This document shows, one piece after another, positions 1 to 12,552 of a stretch of 64,000 nucleotides of DNA. The notes under the pieces were generated by a model, which saw only the letters and a program-made list of their open reading frames with translations, was not told the origin of the DNA and searched no databases. Position numbers and translations under genes: made by a program. Source of the stretch: Octopus sinensis (lineage: Eukaryota); contig NW_021837041.1 of assembly GCF_006345805.1 (NCBI RefSeq), positions 1 to 64,000 on the forward strand, given 5' to 3'. Every line of letters begins with the position of its first letter. The first letter of the stretch is position 1.

Positions 1-395
1 AGCTTGCTCACCAACCACATGGTTTCGCGTTCAGTCCCACTGCGTGACAGCTTGGGCAGGTGTCTTCTACTATAGCCTCCGACCAACCAAAGTCTTGTGA
101 ATGGATTTGGTAGACGGAAACTGAAAGAAGCTCGTCTGAAACTGGAAAAATCAAAAATCAAAATCAAATCAAAATATATATATATATATATATGTACGTG
201 TGTGTACATGTTTCTGTATCTGTGTCTGTCCCTCCAACATCGCTTGTCATCCGATGCTGGTGTGTTTACGTCCCCGTAACTTAGCGGTTCGGCAAAAAGA
301 GACCGATACAATAAGTCCTGGGGTCGATTTGCTCGACTATAGGCGGTGCTCCAGCATGGCCACAATCAAATGACTGAAACAAGTAAAAGAGAGTA
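1..395 (+). mobile_element. tRNA-derived SINE (5'-clipped by the window edge; head, (TA/TG)n linker and body)
   Basis: Same modules recur at 4343-4764(-), 38115-38493(-), 40722-41125(+) and 46755-47125(-): 'ggttcagtcccactgcgtg..ttgggcaagtgtcttctactatagcc' and 'gtccccgtaacttagcggttcggcaaaa..gtcctggggtcgatttgctcgact..gctccagcatggcc'. Confidence 0.85.
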
Positions 396-988
396 AAGAG
401 TATTACACGTGTTTCACTTGGTAACAGGGGTTACACAATTGTACATGTCATAGAAAACAACTACGGAATCTCCTATTGGAAATGCTTTAAACAGTGAAAC
501 AATTTTTGTATTAATCGATCCTTTGTGTAAAGAATTTCTCGTAGAAAATATTTTAAATGTTTTCTGCGACATGTATAATTTCGTAATTCCTATAAGCAAA
601 TACCAAAATAATATTCAATTTCCTGTGTTCATATTATTATTCTGCAGTATTTTCAACTCTTGTGCACATGTAAATACGGATTTAGAATACGGATCTAAAT
701 ACGGATTTAGAATGTTGGAATAAACGGATGTGCTTCAAGGACACACAGCTTAGATTTTAACCTTTTTACATTTTACACACACACACACACTTAGATAAAT
801 TTCGGCCAGCCAAGCCGAACTTACTAGCACGCCTTGTAAAAAATATCTACCATCATTCTTTGGGTTCTCTAACCCGTTTTAGCAAAGAGTTGTGCAGAGA
901 TATATCCGGGTGGTGGTGGTTTATCTGGAAATTTTTGAAATACTCTTCCAGGAGCCGTTTGAATGTTATGAAATATTTGTGTGTGTGC

Positions 989-1023
<35 letters not shown>

Positions 1024-1025
<2 letters not shown>

Positions 1026-1446
1026 CTTATAAATAAGGGCAAACGAAACAATTTCAAATGCCAAATATGCCGAAATTATACACATTGCCCATAACCATAT
1101 AATTTATCACAATAATCGCACGTGTCTCGAATGGGCTGGAGTGTTTCTATTTTGGATATATTTGGGGTACCTAGTTGTGCTCATGACTTAGTGTTTGCTT
1201 CTTCCATGGGTATGAGTAAGTATCTCATTTATTTCTCTTGCCGCATTTATCACTGACGAAGGGAATGTTCTTATGAACTAACCCTGAAATCGGTCCGATA
1301 TGGTAATAATGGAATTTTATAGAGATTTCTATCGACCTTTTTTCGAGTAGCGTGCTTATTGTGATAAATTATATGGTGTGGGCAATGTGTCTAATTTCGG
1401 CATATTTGGCATTTGAAATTTTTTCGTTTGCCCTTATTTATAAGTT
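1024..1446. mobile_element. (TA)n-flanked non-autonomous element with ~100-bp terminal inverted repeats and an internal hammerhead-like motif
   Basis: 1024-1122 is the reverse complement of 1351-1446 with few mismatches; HHR-like core lies at 1248-1300. Confidence 0.7.
1248..1300 (+). ncRNA. Minimal type I hammerhead ribozyme-like motif (near intact)
   Basis: UAUCA CUGACGA AGGG-aau-GUUC-uuau-GAAC-uaa-CCCU GAAA UCG GUC CGAUA. Core, stem II and GUC site are present; A.C mismatch at the stem I closing pair. Confidence 0.6.
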
Positions 1447-1868
1447 GTTTATAAATTTAACCGTTAATGGTATTTTTTAATATGCTGGCCATTGATATAA
1501 TTTATTTTTTCGAAAAAATTTTATCCTACATTAGATGTATATATATATATCTTTAGTTAAATATATTCAATGAGAATATTATATACTGAATTTATATTGA
1601 GAGCTCAATTGTATCAAAATATTAATACTATTAAAGTATTTATAAATTTAATACGAGCGATTATATCTACTATATATATTATATACTATTATATATTAAT
1701 AATATATTATGATATTGATTTCCTGATATTATTAACAGTATATATAGTATATATATATATATTACGGAGATGTATATATATATAGATATATATATATATA
1801 TATATATATACGGAGATGTACTTTCATAGCAAGTGACCTGATCTGAGATCTTGTGCTGGAACGAAAAC

Positions 1869-2168
1869 AATTGCAGCATGGAAGGTGTTTATAAGCCATT
1901 TAAGAAATACACAAAAACCGTTAGATTCACTTCAACATTTTAAGTTTTTTTTTGTCAAAATATTTTCGTCGCTTTGAGACCGCAACCTGTTCACTGACAA
2001 AATTCTGTGCTGCATATGTATTCTGTGCTGCAAGGAATTTTGTCAGTGAACAGGTCGCGGTCAGACAGCGTCGAAAATATTTTGGCAAATAAAATTTAAA
2101 TGTTGAAGTGAATCAAACGGTTTTTGTGTGTTTCTTAAATGGCTTATAAACACCTTCTACGCTGCAAT

Positions 2169-2169
<1 letters not shown>
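1869..2169. repeat. ~300-bp fold-back (palindromic) element between (TA)n runs
   Basis: 1869-2005 is the reverse complement of 2035-2169 (about 90% identity by eye); the spacer holds a 12-nt direct repeat, ttctgtgctgca x2. Confidence 0.85.
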
Positions 2170-2212
<43 letters not shown>

Positions 2213-2637
2213 ATTATATATATATATATTATATATATATATATATGTATGTTATGTATGTATTTTTTTAAATCACAATAATGAAGAATGGAGTTGAACG
2301 ACGATTTAACAAAATTGTATGTATGTATATGTTGTATGTATGTAGGCATGAATGTGTGTGTATCTATATATATATATATATATATATACATATGCATATA
2401 TGGGTACAGGACATCACCAACTGTGTAAACATGAAGTACGAAAACAGTAAAAGCTAGAGTGGACGAGGGCAAGACTCACCGTGTCATTCGGCCATATGCA
2501 TTAGACATGATTTGACTTTGAAGAAGCTTCCTTCAGTTGCTTTACACGTGTCTTAGTCCCATTGTAAATTAGGTGTGTGCATGTGTGTATGTATGTGTTT
2601 TATATACATGCCTGCATATGTGTATATGTATGCGTAC

Positions 2638-2686
<49 letters not shown>

Positions 2687-3164
2687 GGGAGAGAGAAGAT
2701 GGCGGTTTTAATGGCGATTTATAGCAAGTGACAATGCATTGTTGACATCCATTGCAAACTCTTGGTGAAAACCTACACCGGATCCATGCGACCCACGCTG
2801 CGGGGTGCGGGGTGCACGTTCAGCGGTCGTGTTTCGTAGATCAGAATTGTAAACCCCTGGGGCGGTAATTACATAAAATACAATAAACTACCATCGTGTG
2901 TTTTCTTCTAAGTACCAGTTTTCTTATTCTCTTCATTCGTCGCGAGGTTGGTCAAAGAGACGGTGTGAGGAACGTGGTATTTTAGTGACTATGGTTGTCG
3001 CTTCAGGAGAATCGAAGAATCAATCATAGAATTACAGACCATGGGGTCTTTTCCGCCACCCTAATTTAATGTCAGGGTGGTTGATGGAAAGTGACAGTAA
3101 TTTCTGGTTGAAAGTATTTGTAAGACAGGTGGCGAGAGGGGAAGAATGAGGAGTGGGGAGGAGG

Positions 3165-3586
3165 CAGTGTGTGTGTGCTTGTGTGTCCGTGTTATAGTAT
3201 GTATATGCGTATGTGTATGTGTGTTTGTAAGGGAGAGAGAGAAAGAGAGAGATAAGGAATGGAAATTAACAGACAAATGAAGAGACAAAGAGAGAGCGAG
3301 AGTGTGTGTGCGTGTGTGTGTATGTGAGGAGTGTGTGCGTATACATGTATTTTGCGTGTATGCATGCATATGAGAGCATGAGCATGCGCGTGAGAGGTAG
3401 ACATAAAGGAAAGAAAAAGTGGAATCATAGACAAATAAGATTTAGAGAAATAGAAATGGAGATAAGTTGATGGATAAATAAAGATAGATAGATAGAGAGA
3501 GAGAGAGGGAGAAAGAGAGAGAGGGGAGAAAGAGAGATAGATAGAGATAGACAGATAGACAGATAGATAGATAGATGGATGGGTGG

Positions 3587-3657
<71 letters not shown>

Positions 3658-3663
3658 GAGATA

Positions 3664-3714
<51 letters not shown>

Positions 3715-4100
3715 TAGAGAATAGTCAGATAGATGAGTAGGTGGGTAGGAAGACAAGTTTCTTCATTAGCCACACAGGGCCGAACATAGTGGGGACAAGA
3801 TACAATGTAGAGGTTTTCTTTTTGAAAATTGGAAAAAACGGAGAAAAATAAAATTCTGATGTAAAGGGATTGTGAAAAAAAAAATCGATCAAAAGAGATC
3901 GTGTATTACAGAAAATATTCAAAATGTAAAAAGAAAGATAGATAGATAGATAGACTGATATATATATATATATATAATATATATATATAATATATATATT
4001 ATATATCTATATATAGATATATAGATAGATAGATAGATAGATAGATAGATGATAGATAGATAGATAGATAGATGAGAGAGGAGATAAAGAAAGGAAGGAA
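3165..4100. repeat. Compound microsatellite region (GT/GA/GATA/TA)
   Basis: Direct reading. Confidence 0.9.
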
Positions 4101-4342
4101 GAACAGACACCCAGTGAGACGAGAAATTAAAGTGTTGTCAATCAAATATTTCGTATAACAAATATATTTTGACTTACAACCCACCCTCGGGTAAGACCCA
4201 GACACACATATGTACAATAACTTCTCTCTCCCCCTCATACACATTAATACCCACACGTCTATGCACATATGAGAGACTTATCCATCTACCTGTCCATCAA
4301 TTCATAGTTATAATTAAGTAAATAAGGTGCATATATATATAT

Positions 4343-4764
4343 ACTCTTTTTTTTTTTACTCTTTTTACTTGTTTCAGTCATTTGACTGCGGCCATGCTGG
4401 AGCACCGCCTTTAGTCGAGCAAATCGACCCCGGGACTTATTCTTTGTAAGCCAAGTACTTATTCTATCGGTCTCTTTTGCCGAACCGCTAAGTGACGGGG
4501 ACGTAAACACACCAGCATCGGTTGTCAAGCAATGCTAGGGGAACAAACACAGACGCACAAACACATACATACACACACACTTATATATATATACATATAT
4601 ACGACAGGCTTCTTTCAGTTTCCGCCTACCAAATCCACTCACAAGGCATTGGTCGGCCCGGGGCTATAGCAGAAGACACTTGCCCAAGATGTCACGCAGT
4701 GGGACTGAACCCGGAACCATGTGGTTGGTTAGCAAGCTACTTACCACACAGCCACTCCTGCGCC
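4343..4764 (-). mobile_element. tRNA-derived SINE, near full length
   Basis: Reverse complement has head ggcgcaggagtggctgtgtggtaag..ggttccgggttcagtccc (A/B-box-like) and the same body as 1-395. Confidence 0.85.
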
Positions 4765-5002
4765 TATATATATATATTGTTGTGTCTGGGGTGGGGTCAG
4801 ACTCCTTTAGTACCTTATCATTTAACACACACACCGCTTCGATTTACACTCATTTATTTATTCATGTATTTATTTCAAACCAGTGAGTGTGTTAAATAAT
4901 AAGACACAATAATACATGCTTCAACACACGAATCCACAATAAGAATCTTGCAAACCAAATAGAAAAACGATATGTGTGTGTGTGTGTGTGTGTATGTCTC
5001 AC

Positions 5003-5033
<31 letters not shown>

Positions 5034-5229
5034 GTACACACACACACACACACACACACAGACATATATATATATATAGACAGAAATGAAAACGAAGAGG
5101 AGAGGGGGATTTATTCACGTTCAAAACCTTTTTTATTAAAAATGTTTTCTACAGCATATATAGCAATGACCAACATGTATTTCTGCTGCAGCAACCGCAC
5201 ATTGCTCTGTGCACAATTATGCATCGTAT

Positions 5230-5335
5230 GTATGTCATTATTCAGTTTTAGTTCAAGAGTTCTTGCCAATAGAGAAAGAACCGGTTTCTAACCTAGATCC
5301 AAGGCTCCTTCATTGGAATTTCAATATCAACCACC
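5230..5335 (-). mobile_element. 3'-UTR fragment of an RLE-type LINE family
   Basis: Reverse complement matches 27555-27645 (ttgaaattccaatga..ccttggatctaggttagaaaccgg..ctctattggcaaga), which lies downstream of the RLE-LINE fragment at 26.6-27.4 kb. Confidence 0.6.
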
Positions 5336-6799
5336 ATCACCACCGAAACCACCACCACCACCACAACCACCACCACCACCCCCATCACCAGAAGCACTAC
5401 CGTTACCGCCACCACCACCGCAGCCACCACCACCACCGCCACCACCACTACCACCACCAACACGACGACGATGACCACCACCACCACCACCACCACCAAA
5501 ACCACCCACCACCAACATCACCAACACGACAACCACAACCACCAGCACCACCACCACTACCACCATCGTCTCCATCGCTGTCACTGCTGCTCCCATCGCC
5601 GCCACATCGACCATCGACCATCACTACCACCACTGCAGTCGCCGCCGCCGCCGACACCACCACCATCGCATGAAACATGTCTTACGTACATCAAACCTCA
5701 ACGCCATTACACTAGAAAAGCTGCCCTGTTAGCTTTCAAGACCAACATTATTAACCTCCAACACCAACGCCACCATCCGTCCAACCGCATTAACACTAAC
5801 GTCGGAAACAAAACAAAATCGCGAAGCAAACACAATATATATTTCTTTCTTTACTACCACAAGGGGCTAAACACAGAGGGGACAAACAAGGAAGACAAAG
5901 GGATTAAGTCAATTTATTCGACCAGTGCGTAACTGGTACTAATTTATCGACCCCGAAAGGATGGAAAAGCAAAGGCGACCTCGGCGGAATCGAATTTGAA
6001 CTCAGAACGTAGCAGCAGACGAAATACGGCTAAGCATTTCGCCCGGCGCGCCCACAGCCGCCATAGCGCATTGCCCGTTACTACCACATCGAGCACCACC
6101 ACCATCAACACTACCACAACCACCACGGCTGCCATCACAGCCACCTCTACCACATCACAACCACTAGTACCACCAGCACCAGCACCACCACTACCACCAC
6201 CACCACTACCACCACACCACCACCACCACCACACCACCACCACCACCACCACCACTACCACGATGACGATGACGACCACCACCACAACTATTACCACTAC
6301 TGCTATCGCTCACATCACTATCTACACAACCACAACTACCACCATCACCAACATCACAACCACCACAACTACCACTACCACCACCACCACCACCACCACC
6401 ACCACCGTTATCATCTCCATAGTCGTCATCATCAGTACTACCTCTACTACCACCATCATCGTCACGTCCATCTCCTCCTCCTCGTCACCACCACCATGAT
6501 GATGATGAGAATCATCATCATCGTCGTCACCACCGCAGCCATGACCAACACCATCGACTCCATCGTAACCATCATCCTCCGCCGTCATCGGCCACATACC
6601 ACCAACACCACTATCGTCATCATCATTGTCATCACCACCATCAAAAATCAGCATGATTTTTATCATCACCGTCGTCATCGCCGTGGTAGTCATTATCATT
6701 ATCGTCGTCGTCATCATCATCAGCACCACCATCACCCCCACCCCACCATCATCATGATCATTATCACCCTCATCGGCACTACCAACACCACCACCGTCG

Positions 6800-6836
<37 letters not shown>

Positions 6837-7150
6837 ATCATCATCATCATCATCACCATCATCACCACCAACATCATCTCATTACCACCACTGCCATCAT
6901 CACCACCACCACTACCGCCGCCACCACCATCACCACCATCACCACCACCACCGTAACCGCCATCGCTACTAACAACAGAAACGATAAGACTTTGGTGTTG
7001 CCATTATTATCACCATTGGGAGCACAACCATCACCATCATTATCATCATCATCATCATCATCATCAAAACCGACATCATCACAACCACCCACCACCACTA
7101 CCACCACCGCCTGCGCCACCACAGATCTACAACTAGTACCACAAGCATAC
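5330..7150. repeat. Long degenerate (CAC)n/(CAT)n trinucleotide field, interrupted by a SINE
   Basis: Direct reading; source of the His/Thr/Val-rich spurious ORFs. Confidence 0.9.
5850..6075 (-). mobile_element. SINE (second family)
   Basis: ggggctaaac..tttatcgaccccgaaaggatg..aaagtcgacctcggcggaatttgaactcagaacg..cgctaagcatttcgccc recurs at 30685-30800, 46400-46600, 48215-48370 and 50800-50992. Confidence 0.8.
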
Positions 7151-7467
7151 CCCTTCCACATACACCCACCTATGTATTAATCTATATATTTCCTCCCCAA
7201 GCCCACTCCAACCGCGACCCACCAGCACCACCCGAAACCTGTCATCAGTGTTGACGCCAACATTCCATTGAACTGGTATAGAGTTGCGGGGGTGGGGCAA
7301 TGGTGGGAACCGGAGCTGGGAGGAGAAGTGGGGGGGGGGGCGGTTGTGTTTTAGAAAATGATTTTCGCTAATTACCGCGAAGTACAATCAAAACAAATAA
7401 AAAACAGCAAAAAATAAATAATGGACAGTGGAAGGATAGGAAAATCAATGGACAAAACTAATTACTC

Positions 7468-7468
7468 A

Positions 7469-7523
<55 letters not shown>

Positions 7524-7873
7524 CGTGCGTGTGTATGTGTGTGTACATGTATACATTATACGTACATATATCTATATATACATATCTGTGTATGGATGTG
7601 TGGAAGGGTGGGTTGTTAGGGGTGTATACATGTATATGCATATATATACATATCCATATACATACACGTATACACGTATATATATATGACACACACACAC
7701 ATCATGCACTCACATACTCACATGTATATATTGTTAAACATGGGGGTGGTCATATTTTGCCAAGATAGACAGATAGATTGATTGATAGATAGATATAAAG
7801 AGTGGTAGATAGATTTATATATAAAGATATATATATATGTGTGTGTGTATGTGTGTGCATATATGTATGTATG

Positions 7874-7910
<37 letters not shown>

Positions 7911-7934
7911 ATACAGATAGACAGACAGACAGAC

Positions 7935-8012
<78 letters not shown>

Positions 8013-8030
8013 GTAGGTAGATGTATAGAT
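7468..8030. repeat. (GT)n/(TA)n/(GATA)n microsatellites
   Basis: Direct reading. Confidence 0.9.
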
Positions 8031-9299
8031 AACACCAACAGTAGCAGCAACAACAACAGTTATATCAACAATAATAGCTTTAATAACATCAACAACAACA
8101 ACAGCATCAATCTCGAATAGTAAAGTCGACCACGGTAAACTTAGACTTGGGAAAAAATGGCGCTAAGCATTTTGTCTCTGCAACCTAGGTGTTCGGCAAA
8201 ACAGAATTAAGCACTTAGCTTTTTTTAAAAGACGTCCTGGGGTCGATTTATTCGACCAAAATTCTTTAGGGTCAGTGCCCCAGCATGGCCGTGGTCTACT
8301 GAGTGAAACAAGTAAAAAAAATAATAAACGAAGATATTTTACATAAGGTATTGCCCAGTATCTCCTGGAAAACATTCTGATACGTTCCTTAAAAATCCCA
8401 TCTTCAAGTGCCATTAAGAAACCATCGTTGACCCATCACCCCCAAGAAAACCCCAACAATCTCCTTATCACTCTTACCCATGCACCCATAAAACCTCATC
8501 CACCTCAAGATTATACGCTCATTTCATCAGTCTTCTCCACTTCTCCTTAGATTATCTCCCTTCTCTCTCTCTCTCACGCCTTGTTGTTGTTGTTGTTCTT
8601 GTTCTACTTCTTCTTCCGCCTCCTTCTCCTCCTCCTCGGCCTTCTTCATCTTCTATCCCTCCTTCCTAAACCGTTTCCTTCTCTTCTCCACACCCTCTCT
8701 CTCCCACTTTAACTCTCTCTCTCTTCCTAATCCCCTTTCTAAGTCCCCTCCCTTCTTCCACCCTACTCATCCCAACCCTCTTTGTCTTATTCAGGATCAG
8801 AAACAAAGTACCGTGTCAAATATGACGCAGCCCCCTTGATTAATTAGCTTGATGAACGAAAAGATAATTTCCAATACAAAACCTAGTTTCTCTCACTCAT
8901 TAACCACCCCCACTCACTCATCTGTCTCTTTCATTAATCACCCTCTCCTTTTTCTCTCACCCTCACCTTTCCATTTATCATCTGCCCCATCTTTCTCTCA
9001 CCCTCACACTTTTTCTCGTTCTCCTTCTCTCCTTCCTCAAAAATTTACTTTCCAATAATCTATCTAAAATAGTCTTTTTTTGGCTTTACTGGTCTCTCTC
9101 TCTCTCTCTCATTCTCTCTCCCTCTCTAACATACACACACACATTCATACACACATACATATATACACACATATACATATACATATACATACATATATTT
9201 ATAAATATGAATTTTGGGTCAATTCATAAATAATGCTTTTTATTTTTATACTTCTTTTATTCTTCAAAATTAAGATAAACAAAGTTCTTTTTTAATCTA

Positions 9300-9790
9300 A
9301 AATATACTTTCCTTCATTTTCTACAATGCTCTTCCATCTGTCTGGTAGACTTGCAAGGCCCCTCTTACAAAATTATTCTTGTCCGTGACGAAAAATACTC
9401 CTCCAGTACTGTTCTGACCTCGTCTACAGAATTCATATTTTTTCCGTCCAAATGATTTTGAAGACTGTGTAATAAATGATAATCAGACGGGAAAATGTTC
9501 GGCGAATATGGTGGATGGGGCATCGTTTTCCATTCGAACTTCTCCATCCTTTGGAATGTCATCTTTACTGCATATGGCCGAGCATGATCTTCATGGAAGA
9601 ACGCCTATTGTCTTGAAACCAAAGATGGTCGTTTTTTATCTAGCACTGACTTAAGCCGCTCAAGCTGCTTGCAGTAGATCTCCTTTGTTATTGTTTGGTC
9701 TGGGTTTAAATGTTCAAAGTAGACTAAACATTTCATATCCCACTAAACAGATAACAACACCTTTGTCACTTCCATTATAGCTTTGAAAAA
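9300..9790 (-). pseudogene. Mariner-type transposase C-terminal fragment
   Basis: ORF 9365-9562: 'WKTMPHPPYSPNIFPSDYHLLHSLQNHL' resembles the mariner HPPYSPDLAPSDY motif. Confidence 0.85.
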
Positions 9791-11139
9791 TAACTGTTAA
9801 AATCGAACTGCACTCTTCAAAACTCGGACTAAGAATAAATAAAAACAACGTAAAATTACTATCTGCTTTTGTAGCAAGTTAATGCAGGGAGTTTATCTCG
9901 TCCCCCTCCGGCATTTTAGTTCATGCAATTGTAAAACACCGCATCATTTATCCGGGACGTCCTAGTCCCAGATATAAAGGTAAACATAAAATATTTCCAC
10001 TTTGCAAGGTTTGAGTCGAGTACTCCCTTGCACGCTCCATTGACTCGAACCTTGCTTCTATTGTGGCGAATTTACCGTCTCTGGTTAGATACTTGATATC
10101 TTTCATAGTCGCACCAAGATACTTTTCAATGGTGCATTCCTCCAGGTGTTCAAATCGTTTTTTTCCCTCTATATTGTATACTTTATAGACAATAGTCTTT
10201 TCTTTAATTTAATTTTTTATTTCGTTTGGTGGTGTTATCCTAGATTCACCGTCTTTGTCGGTGATCAATCCGAAATAGGTTTGTATTTCTTCCATTTTAA
10301 TTTTAATGAGTTCGCCGCCCACCGACGGCTGCAGCGTAATTCATTTTTGAACTTTATTCTATCGAAGACATTTTAACAAAAGTGCTTCCGTGTAAACGGT
10401 GAAAATATTGTCAAGTTCCCCAAACAGGGACACAATTCAATTTTTAAACAATAACCAAAGCGCCTTCTCCCAAAGGGGTGGGGGTTACGGTTTACAATTA
10501 TTTAACAAATGCAACACAACAATGTTTCCCTTACGAGGAACCAACAAACGTGATAACAATAGTTAAACAGAAATAATAATAACAACAAACCTTACGGTAA
10601 ACCAAAAAGCAGTACTCTGTTGAAGCTATAGGCCTTTATGGATCAGAAGTAAACCAATTGCGGTACTCAGTAGAAGCATCTTTCGAGAAAACAGACATTA
10701 CATACAGCCAAACTTCATAAGATACTTAATGCTAGCTAATTAGCAAATAATCTAATGTAAAAGCCGTGCACACCTCCATCTGGACTATTCCATTTCTGCA
10801 CTTAAATTTTATTTTTTATTTATTCCCATTCATGTGAAACCACTGATTCAAGTTCAAGTCATTGATGCAATTTTATACCAATTGCTATTTCTGCTTTTGT
10901 TATGTTACGATAATATTATACTTTAGTTTGATTTTAATTATTACTTACTACATATAATTCAATTGTTATTATTATTTTTATTGTTAAAGTGAAAGCATCT
11001 GACATAAAATAGAGAAATGTTTTTGTTTCACTTTTAACACGTAATACTGAAATAGTGGAGAAGATATGATATTGCTATGGGCTCGCTCTAGGTAAGAAGT
11101 TGAACATTTTTTTGCCCATGAAACTACATGGACCCTAAG

Positions 11140-11239
11140 TAAGGCATGTGTAAAATTTGAATGAAATTAGTTGTGTAGTTCTCAAGTTTTAGGGAAACAC
11201 ACAGACAGACACACATTCTCAGTTTTATATATATAAAGA

Positions 11240-11240
<1 letters not shown>
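11140..11240 (+). mobile_element. Possible 3' end of a non-autonomous Helitron/Helentron-like (DINE-like) element
   Basis: catgtgtaaaatttgaatgaaattag..acacacagacagacacacattctcagttttatatatataaagat resembles known DINE/HINE 3' ends from memory; not verified. Confidence 0.3.
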
Positions 11241-11318
<78 letters not shown>

Positions 11319-12240
11319 ATATATATATATATATATATGGGGCGTACAAATGCAAACTGAAATTTCAAAAACACCCGAAGGCCGAGAAGACAATATTAAA
11401 CTTTGGAGAGAAAACTGGGAAGAACGAGGAATTAACATCTCTTCAACGCTGGGAGATAAGTGTTCTTTGGTTCTCCAATTATGGATTTCATTTTGAAAAC
11501 GTGTACTCTACCAATAACCCGATCCCCTTTCTTAACCGATTAATCAAACACTTAAATATGGAAAATATATTCACAAATTCATAAGGAAAATTCAAGACTA
11601 CTTCGACAAGAAAATAATCCAACTAAACAGTTTTCTCACTGACTGAACTAAACTTTCCCAAAAAACCGAAGACATACACAACGGATAAAAAATATCAACT
11701 TAAAAAACAATCACAGAGAGAAACAACTACAATTGAGAACAACAAATGTACAAAAAAGGACAAGTTAACAGAGAAAATGTCCTCGGATATATAAACGGTA
11801 ACAAAAAGAAAACCTTGAAAAATCATTTTTTAGATGCAGCTGACAGAGTTCTCGACATCAGATGGTACAAACCAAAGATGAGAAGCTGAAGATAACTAAC
11901 CTCACCTCCAAAACTCTCTCAGTAGAAGAATAGGCTTAAAATTTACTCCAACATCACACTACACTAATTCAGAAATACAGAAATACAGAAAGATATGTAG
12001 AAAACTACGCTTAACAGAGAAATTGTACGATGAAGAAACCAGGGACAAATCGATTGTAAGAAACAAGAGCAATTACAAGGTAAGAATAAAGCTTTGTATA
12101 AATTTTGTGCTTTTATTTCTCCCTTCCCTTACAAAGAACTTCCACACCCCAAAATCAATCCCAATACCAGTCGAAAGGAATAGGATATTATACATGAACT
12201 GAAAAACAATAATGACATAATAATTATGGAAGCAGATAAC

Positions 12241-12468
12241 CACGTGGACATGCCTACAAAGTCGGAAAACAACACAGCTCCCACGACTTTCGGAAACATT
12301 TTTTCACGCTCAGAGTTGCTGAAGCATGGAATAAACTGCCTGCGTCAGTTGTTGACTGCCATGACACTGCATCCTTTAAGGCCCTCATGCTTTCCGAAAT
12401 CCGCCGAAACAACACCTGATTATATATACACTTTAGATGAGTTGTAGTGCACCTGAGCACTGTACACA

Positions 12469-12552
<84 letters not shown>
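12241..12552 (+). mobile_element. 5'-truncated CR1/L2-type LINE 3' end with (ATT)n tail, nested in PLE-1
   Basis: Translates as RGHAYKVGKQHSSHDFRKHFFTLRVAEAWNKLPASVVDCHDTASFK; (ATT)n at 12469-12551; splits the PLE codons GCA GAT AA|G GGA AGT. Confidence 0.8.

Noticed and set aside
5209-6972. His/Thr/Pro-rich ORFs of 150-170 aa
   Set aside because: They are translations of (CAC)n/(CAT)n microsatellite, open in several frames and on both strands, with no domain or splice evidence.
9980-10380. Minus-strand frame resembling a LINE ORF1/gag fragment (KTIVYKVYNIEGKKRF..)
   Set aside because: No diagnostic motif; family cannot be assigned without a search.
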